In this document: one piece after another, positions 58,448 to 64,000 of the stretch | Position numbering within the stretch: position 1 is the stretch's first letter | Layout: every line of letters begins with the position of its first letter | IMG/VR virus record: IMGVR_UViG_3300010429_001883 | Location: 64,001-128,000 of that record | Length of the DNA stretch: 64,000 bases | Reading direction: 5' to 3' (one strand) | Source of the DNA: a virus | Lineage: Duplodnaviria > Caudoviricetes | Notes under the pieces: model-generated | Seen by the model: the letters and a program-made list of their open reading frames with translations, nothing else | Databases searched by the model: none | Told to the model about the DNA's origin: nothing | Position numbers and translations under genes: made by a program

Positions 58448-59662
58448 ATGCCTTTAGCACATAAAACATACCAAACTATACTAGATGAATTAAAATCTAG
58501 ACTATTGACGACAACCAGTTTGCGGCAGTTGTCTAAGGGTGGAACTGCCAGAAGTATATTAGAAGTGATCGCCGCAGAACACGCCGATATATATAGTGAT
58601 ATTGTATCCAATGTTTCACAAGGATTCCTAAAATATGCTTCTGGTGAGTACTTAGATGCTTATGGGGAGATGTTTGGTGTTTATCGTAAAGGCACAACCT
58701 ATGCTTTTACCACTTCAGATGAGTCTAACCTAAAATTTTATGTTGATAGCGATACTTTTGAAGATATAAACGACGGATCATCTTTTACTGTTCCAGCTGG
58801 CACTAAAATATCTACTGTTTCTGGTTTGGAATACATCCTTAATTCTTCTGTTACTCTAGGTAGCGAGACGGAAAAGTATGTTTCTGCAATTGCCTCTACG
58901 GCAGGTTCTTACAGTAACGTAGACAAAGATACTTTAATCAATCATGATTTTACATCATATGATGATTACGAAAATGAATCACTTAAAGTTATTAATGATT
59001 ACGCCATTGGCAATGGACAGGATGTTGAAACAGATACAAATTACAGATATAGAATAAGTAAGAAATTACTGGAACTAGAAAAGGCCAACTTGGCCGCCCT
59101 TTACGTTAACTTACTAAGTTTGCCAGGAATTAAAGATATTAATATAGATAGATATGAAAGTGGCCTCGGCACAGCAACGCTCTATGTTTATGGAATTTAT
59201 CCAAACCAAAGTGACCAAATGGCAGTTCTGGGCCAAGTTATTGCTAACTCCGTATCTGCCGTAGGAGACAGAATACTGGTTAAATCACCAGATATCGTTG
59301 GTATTTCTTTTAGAGCCAAGATTAATTTTAAAACAACAAGGACATCTTCGTTAACACAACGAAAAGAACTAACAACGACAGAAAAGAAAGCTATAGCAGA
59401 AAAAGCTGAAGAAGCTGTTATTAATTACTTTGAGAATATGAGTATCTTTGAACCTTTTAGTACTGAGAAATTAATGGCTACAATTATTAATGCAGATGAA
59501 AAAATACTTGATATAGGTGAGAATGATACTAGTTTTGATTATGTTCTAATTTGGAGAGAGTTGCCAGACGGAACAGACTACTCTAAATATTTAATTGGTA
59601 ATTATACTCCAGAGACGGGTGAATATATAACCTTGAAGGCAGTGGATTTTTATTATGACTAA
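58448..59662 (+). CDS. Baseplate J-like wedge protein
   Basis: ASGEYLDAYGEMFGVYR, VPAGTKI, AGSYSNV, GQDVETDTNYRYRI. Confidence 0.88.
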   Translation: MPLAHKTYQTILDELKSRLLTTTSLRQLSKGGTARSILEVIAAEHADIYSDIVSNVSQGFLKYASGEYLDAYGEMFGVYRKGTTYAFTTSDESNLKFYVDSDTFEDINDGSSFTVPAGTKISTVSGLEYILNSSVTLGSETEKYVSAIASTAGSYSNVDKDTLINHDFTSYDDYENESLKVINDYAIGNGQDVETDTNYRYRISKKLLELEKANLAALYVNLLSLPGIKDINIDRYESGLGTATLYVYGIYPNQSDQMAVLGQVIANSVSAVGDRILVKSPDIVGISFRAKINFKTTRTSSLTQRKELTTTEKKAIAEKAEEAVINYFENMSIFEPFSTEKLMATIINADEKILDIGENDTSFDYVLIWRELPDGTDYSKYLIGNYTPETGEYITLKAVDFYYD

Positions 59663-61454
59663 TCGGTTATCAAACTATACACAGAAGTTAACCAACTATT
59701 ACCCGCTGTATTATAATGTTAGGGCATATCCATACAGCTCTGGATCAAGGCTTTTAAATACGGCAGGGATAGAGCTTGAAGACCTAACGATTAAACTAAA
59801 TAAAACATTTAATGATCGCTGGCCGCTAACACATTCACAATCTGGTATTCCAACGCTGTGTGTTTCTAAATCTTTTGATAACTTAACTGGGTATAGTACG
59901 CTTAAATTCGATGGGTTCGTTGGGCCTTATTATACAGATACCTATACTTTTGAGTCGCCAATTTTTACTGCAGTTGATCCCCTTCTTAACTACATGTATT
60001 TTGAATCACCAAAGTATATGATACATCAATTTCCTAGTGATGGGGATTGGTTTATGTACAACGGCGATGGAACCCCGTTTCAATTTGATAGTTTTTCAGA
60101 CCCTGCTCCCAAAACAATAGCTTATAATTATTATAAAGATACCACCTGGTATAGCATACTCACAACCAGCGAAACAATCCCGTATGAACCTACTTTTTAT
60201 TTACAAAATATTTTTGGTAATACAGACCTTAACGTTGGCTATAAAATAATTAAAATAACAGGTAAGCGACTAGGGGTTAATTCTCACGACGACTTTTCAG
60301 AGCTTATTTATCCCGGTTTGGATGGTATCTACAAATCCAAATATCGTTGGGAGTACATAGAATACATAGAATACTTCAATATGAAAAGTGTTGAAGTTAC
60401 AATTTATCCTGTTTTTTATACCCAAAGTATTGAGAGGATTGTTCCCCGCGCATGGTATACTCCAGAAACAAGAGAAGATCAACAAACATTCATTAAATGG
60501 GATGCTGAGCATTCTTGTTTTATTCATCATAAGAAGGTATATAACGCTGTGGGGGAAAGCGATGACGAGGTTATTTCTGCTTTGTTTATTAACGGACCAG
60601 GAATTCTTGGTCGAATAGATACAATAGCTGATTTTGATGTAGACCCTTTCAGTAGGTTCATCTATGTGATACCAAGCGGAGGGTTTACATCCGATAACGT
60701 TTATTTATATAGGCTAGAAGAAGACCTGCAATTAACCCATGAAGCTACAGGTAACCTTAAACAGCACAGTATGTGCCCGTACAATATAAAGTTTGAAGTA
60801 CATGATTATGACCAAGTTGTGCTGAAGATCGAAAATAAGTTTATCAATAATCCTTTTGACTATGAATTTGGGCTGCTTGTAACAGTTCCAAGTGGTGGGC
60901 AATTCTTGATAGACGGAGAGGGAACACCCACATCTTATACTGGTGAGCTTTTAGACTTCTCTCAGTATCCTAAAAGATTTATATACAATTTGGATTCTCC
61001 TGGTATTTATAAATTCACTTTAAAGTACTATGATTCTGAAGAGCGAATTTATAGAGAACAAGATTTTATCTATAATCACAGGGAGCTTAATTTAGTAAAC
61101 TATTTTAGAGCATCTGAGTCTGAAACAGAAGACCACCAAATGCACGGCCTAACGGCATATGAAGTTTCTTTTGATAGAATTAAATGCCTCTGTCATAATG
61201 AAATCGCCGTTAGAACTGTTACTGGAGATTATACATATTATTTTAAGGGGTATAATCCAGCGATATATTGGGATAATGCAAATAAACTCTCTTATTTTAT
61301 TGATTTTACTCCAACAACTATTTGGACAACACCCCCAAATCCAGGAGAGGGTATTACTGGGACTGGGGTTGATTTTGAACTTACTGAATGGATTACAGGA
61401 GAAAGATATCTTGCCTTTGGTGAACTATTTGATTTGGGAGATGTAAATGGATAA
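59655..61454 (+). CDS. Baseplate/tail structural protein
   Basis: Follows baseplate J; beta-rich composition. Confidence 0.55.
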   Translation: MTNRLSNYTQKLTNYYPLYYNVRAYPYSSGSRLLNTAGIELEDLTIKLNKTFNDRWPLTHSQSGIPTLCVSKSFDNLTGYSTLKFDGFVGPYYTDTYTFESPIFTAVDPLLNYMYFESPKYMIHQFPSDGDWFMYNGDGTPFQFDSFSDPAPKTIAYNYYKDTTWYSILTTSETIPYEPTFYLQNIFGNTDLNVGYKIIKITGKRLGVNSHDDFSELIYPGLDGIYKSKYRWEYIEYIEYFNMKSVEVTIYPVFYTQSIERIVPRAWYTPETREDQQTFIKWDAEHSCFIHHKKVYNAVGESDDEVISALFINGPGILGRIDTIADFDVDPFSRFIYVIPSGGFTSDNVYLYRLEEDLQLTHEATGNLKQHSMCPYNIKFEVHDYDQVVLKIENKFINNPFDYEFGLLVTVPSGGQFLIDGEGTPTSYTGELLDFSQYPKRFIYNLDSPGIYKFTLKYYDSEERIYREQDFIYNHRELNLVNYFRASESETEDHQMHGLTAYEVSFDRIKCLCHNEIAVRTVTGDYTYYFKGYNPAIYWDNANKLSYFIDFTPTTIWTTPPNPGEGITGTGVDFELTEWITGERYLAFGELFDLGDVNG

Positions 61455-62409
61455 TAAACTGATACAAGTTAACTCCCTAGACCTAACTGCCGAGCTTATG
61501 GCATTAGATAGGTATGATACAGAAAGTATTGGTAATTTTATAGATAGAGTAAAAACTTATTATGCTAATGATCCTTCTTCAACAAAGGAAGGATTGTCAT
61601 GGGCACTAATGAAAGACCTGGCCCTTCCTCCGGTGTTAGTTGGTGAAATTTGGATTGGTGATATTGAGTGCGAAGTTTTAATAGAGCCCACAGGAATGAC
61701 GCTGTCTGGACCGAAAGATTGGCTTCAGTTTCCTTTCTTCTCTACATCAACAAGCGGTGAAATAACTTTAAAACCAGACCCCGTTATTAGAACACCACGG
61801 CCCACTGAGTATGTAGATGGATTTGATGATATTTTTGACGATATTAACAATGACGCAGTTGACTACATCATAAGTTGGTTACAAGAAGTTTCAATAGACG
61901 GAACATTTATGTATTGGTCACCAATATATAGATATAATATAACTCTGAGTCCTTTTCATCTAATGCATGGAAGCAATCTGCGTGACTCTGGAAATGTTTT
62001 AATTCCTCTAGACTTGAAAAAAGTACAACTTGAAAAGTATCCAATTAAACCCGGAACATTAATTTTTGATGATACGGAAAATTATTTTGTTACTGAGGTG
62101 GCTTCTGAGGATGACGTTGTAGTAAAAGGTGATTATTATATCGATTATGAGAACGGTATAATTTATTTTTATGGGATAGAAGAAGATGACCAGCAACTTA
62201 TTCTATGTAGATATTTATATGTTTTAGGTTACAACACTTCTTTTAAACTTTATTTGACACCCATACAGGTTGTTCCATGGTATGATGAATCTTTAAAGCG
62301 ATTATTTTTTAACATGTGGGAACAATCAAAGAATTGGTACCAAGACGCAATGCCAATAATGCTGCCCATGATTTCTGAATTGAGGAGTGCACATGCTAGC
62401 TATAAATAG
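61447..62409 (+). CDS. Baseplate/tail structural protein
   Basis: LDRYDTESIGNFIDRV...STKEGL; GDYYIDYENGIIYF. Confidence 0.55.
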   Translation: MDNKLIQVNSLDLTAELMALDRYDTESIGNFIDRVKTYYANDPSSTKEGLSWALMKDLALPPVLVGEIWIGDIECEVLIEPTGMTLSGPKDWLQFPFFSTSTSGEITLKPDPVIRTPRPTEYVDGFDDIFDDINNDAVDYIISWLQEVSIDGTFMYWSPIYRYNITLSPFHLMHGSNLRDSGNVLIPLDLKKVQLEKYPIKPGTLIFDDTENYFVTEVASEDDVVVKGDYYIDYENGIIYFYGIEEDDQQLILCRYLYVLGYNTSFKLYLTPIQVVPWYDESLKRLFFNMWEQSKNWYQDAMPIMLPMISELRSAHASYK

Positions 62410-64000
62410 TGTATTAACACTAGATACTTTTAGATTGTTGCCGTGGGAACACCAAAATAGGGCTTACTTTGAGCCAGCTATGTGGGATGCTCCTTTAGCG
62501 GATATTGATTATTTTCAAAGTGGTATTGGGTATGCAACAAATAACATAGTTGTCGGATTACAGGCCAGCTGGGACCCCATATTAGAAACAGGGTTTTATT
62601 TTATAAAATATTACAGATTTTTTAATTACGCCACACGGGAAACAGCTACAGTTTATAGAACCATTAATCCTACCGAATTTGTTCAAACAACAGAGAATGG
62701 TCCATATAGTTATTCTTTTGCTTTAGCAGAAAATGAGCCAATGTATCGTGGGTATAAACCAGCGTACTTAGTGACATTTGATAGATACGGAGAATTAGAC
62801 GATACCCTGTTGCCTGCTGCTGGTTATGACTATAAACATGTTCGCGTATTTACTGAACTTGAATCCACTTATCCCAGCGGGTATGTTGCTCCTTGGGAGA
62901 CATTAGAACAAGAACTATTGGCCGAACACCCTGAAATGATGGTTAATAGAGTAACAGGTGACGTTGGACTAGTGCAGGTTACTGGTTTTGCTGGTTATGA
63001 TAGTGATACATATTACGAAAAAGTTGTTGTTGAGACACAGTATATAAATTTAGCTGTTAACGATAATCCTAATATAGGAATGCAAACAGAAGTATTTTCT
63101 ATTGACGGCTCCGAAGTTTTTTGTAAATTACGTTATGTTCCAGTTGTTAGCATTAGCGGGGTTGTTTTAACATCGGGTGGAAGTACATACGATATAACTA
63201 ATAATTATAATCAATATGGATTATTTACACCCTCCGGGTATATTGATTCTAAGGCCCTTCCAGGTGTGATTACTTTTTATAATAAGCCAACAGAGAACAA
63301 TGATTGGGATCTTTTATACCCGTCGGGAAGCATTAGTATTACTTATCAGCCCGGTTTATTCTTTGTTTACGAAGCTGTTGACAGTGTATGGAAACTGACG
63401 AATAAAAATGTAAACCCACTGTTAGTTGGGGAGAAGGATTATAATTTACTTTTGACGAATACAGAAATAGATCCTCTAACTCTTGGCATAGGTGGAGAAG
63501 ATAGGATTGCATACATAGGGGGATTGCCATTAGAATTAAAGATATTTTGTGAATTTAACGAGGCACCAATTTTAAATCACCCCGTCTCAGTTATAGCTGG
63601 CCTTTCTAGGCTTACTCTTAATAATTTGATTTTAACTACAGAGTTGAGAGAATTGCGTCTTGATGGGACGGGCAACACCTCTTGTCTTTATGTCCCCCCG
63701 AAAGAACTTGATGACGAAAGTTTTTACTTTAGGTCTGGTCATTATGTGCCAACAGTTATATTAAATAACTATTCAATAGATAGTACTGTAACAGTAAATC
63801 CAGAAAGGCTACATGGAGTATCCGAGGTAGGAACAACAACTACTGGGTTTGAAAATGCTATGTTTTTCCCAACCGAAAAATTTGCAAAACAGTTTTTGTT
63901 GGGCGGCGCCTATGTAGTGTATGATAATGATCACATAAAGACAAATAATTTTAGTGGGTTCATGGGCGTGCTGCGAATAGCTGGTATAAAGAAGGCAATT
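62393..64000 (+). CDS. Tail/baseplate structural protein, 3'-truncated (absent from ORF track)
   Basis: GAGGAG SD, ATG 62393 (MLAINSVLTLDTFRLLPWE...), frame read by hand open to window end. Confidence 0.75.
   Translation, partial: MLAINSVLTLDTFRLLPWEHQNRAYFEPAMWDAPLADIDYFQSGIGYATNNIVVGLQASWDPILETGFYFIKYYRFFNYATRETATVYRTINPTEFVQTTENGPYSYSFALAENEPMYRGYKPAYLVTFDRYGELDDTLLPAAGYDYKHVRVFTELESTYPSGYVAPWETLEQELLAEHPEMMVNRVTGDVGLVQVTGFAGYDSDTYYEKVVVETQYINLAVNDNPNIGMQTEVFSIDGSEVFCKLRYVPVVSISGVVLTSGGSTYDITNNYNQYGLFTPSGYIDSKALPGVITFYNKPTENNDWDLLYPSGSISITYQPGLFFVYEAVDSVWKLTNKNVNPLLVGEKDYNLLLTNTEIDPLTLGIGGEDRIAYIGGLPLELKIFCEFNEAPILNHPVSVIAGLSRLTLNNLILTTELRELRLDGTGNTSCLYVPPKELDDESFYFRSGHYVPTVILNNYSIDSTVTVNPERLHGVSEVGTTTTGFENAMFFPTEKFAKQFLLGGAYVVYDNDHIKTNNFSGFMGVLRIAGIKKAI

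Noticed and set aside
1101-63530. Numerous short minus-strand and alternate-frame ORFs in the track
   Set aside because: They lie antisense to or within well-supported + strand genes and show no motifs; treated as shadow ORFs
1-64000. Stop-codon reassignment (alternative genetic code)
   Set aside because: Very long ORFs and near-complete coding density under the standard code; TAA, TAG and TGA all end genes
1-64000. tRNA, rRNA or CRISPR array
   Set aside because: Intergenic gaps are short, and no cloverleaf or repeat-spacer pattern was seen by eye

Overview
A 64 kb, gene-dense, AT-rich segment of a large contractile-tailed (myovirus-type) dsDNA phage or prophage. All credible genes are on the + strand in the standard genetic code, many with GGAGG-type Shine-Dalgarno sites. 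1-16.3 kb: glycan-modification genes (GT2/methyltransferase/GT17/GT2/GT9 fusion, split GT9, GT4), ClpP-like protease, RNase H type 2, RecA, two resolvase-like nucleases, a class II ribonucleotide reductase with two inteins, two free-standing intein/LAGLIDADG-derived genes, and dUTPase. 16.3-38.9 kb: terminase, portal, prohead protease/scaffold, major capsid, neck, sheath and three tube-like paralogs, interrupted by a thymidylate kinase cassette. 38.9-64 kb: three giant genes, then baseplate genes. The most notable features are (i) a 1649-aa protein with a recognisable two-barrel RNA polymerase core (RxP...DRDKD with beta-prime spacing, plus beta-like motifs in the same chain), probably a virion-delivered single-chain RNAP; (ii) the adjacent 2338-aa protein carrying DEDDh exonuclease, PD-(D/E)XK nuclease and HAD phosphatase modules, the latter two each bracketed by the same pair of FGSG-ending peptide motifs; (iii) an apparently catalytically dead but intact intein-like gene; and (iv) a recurring YATACTAT intergenic motif. 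All calls come from motif recognition by eye; no database searches were run.
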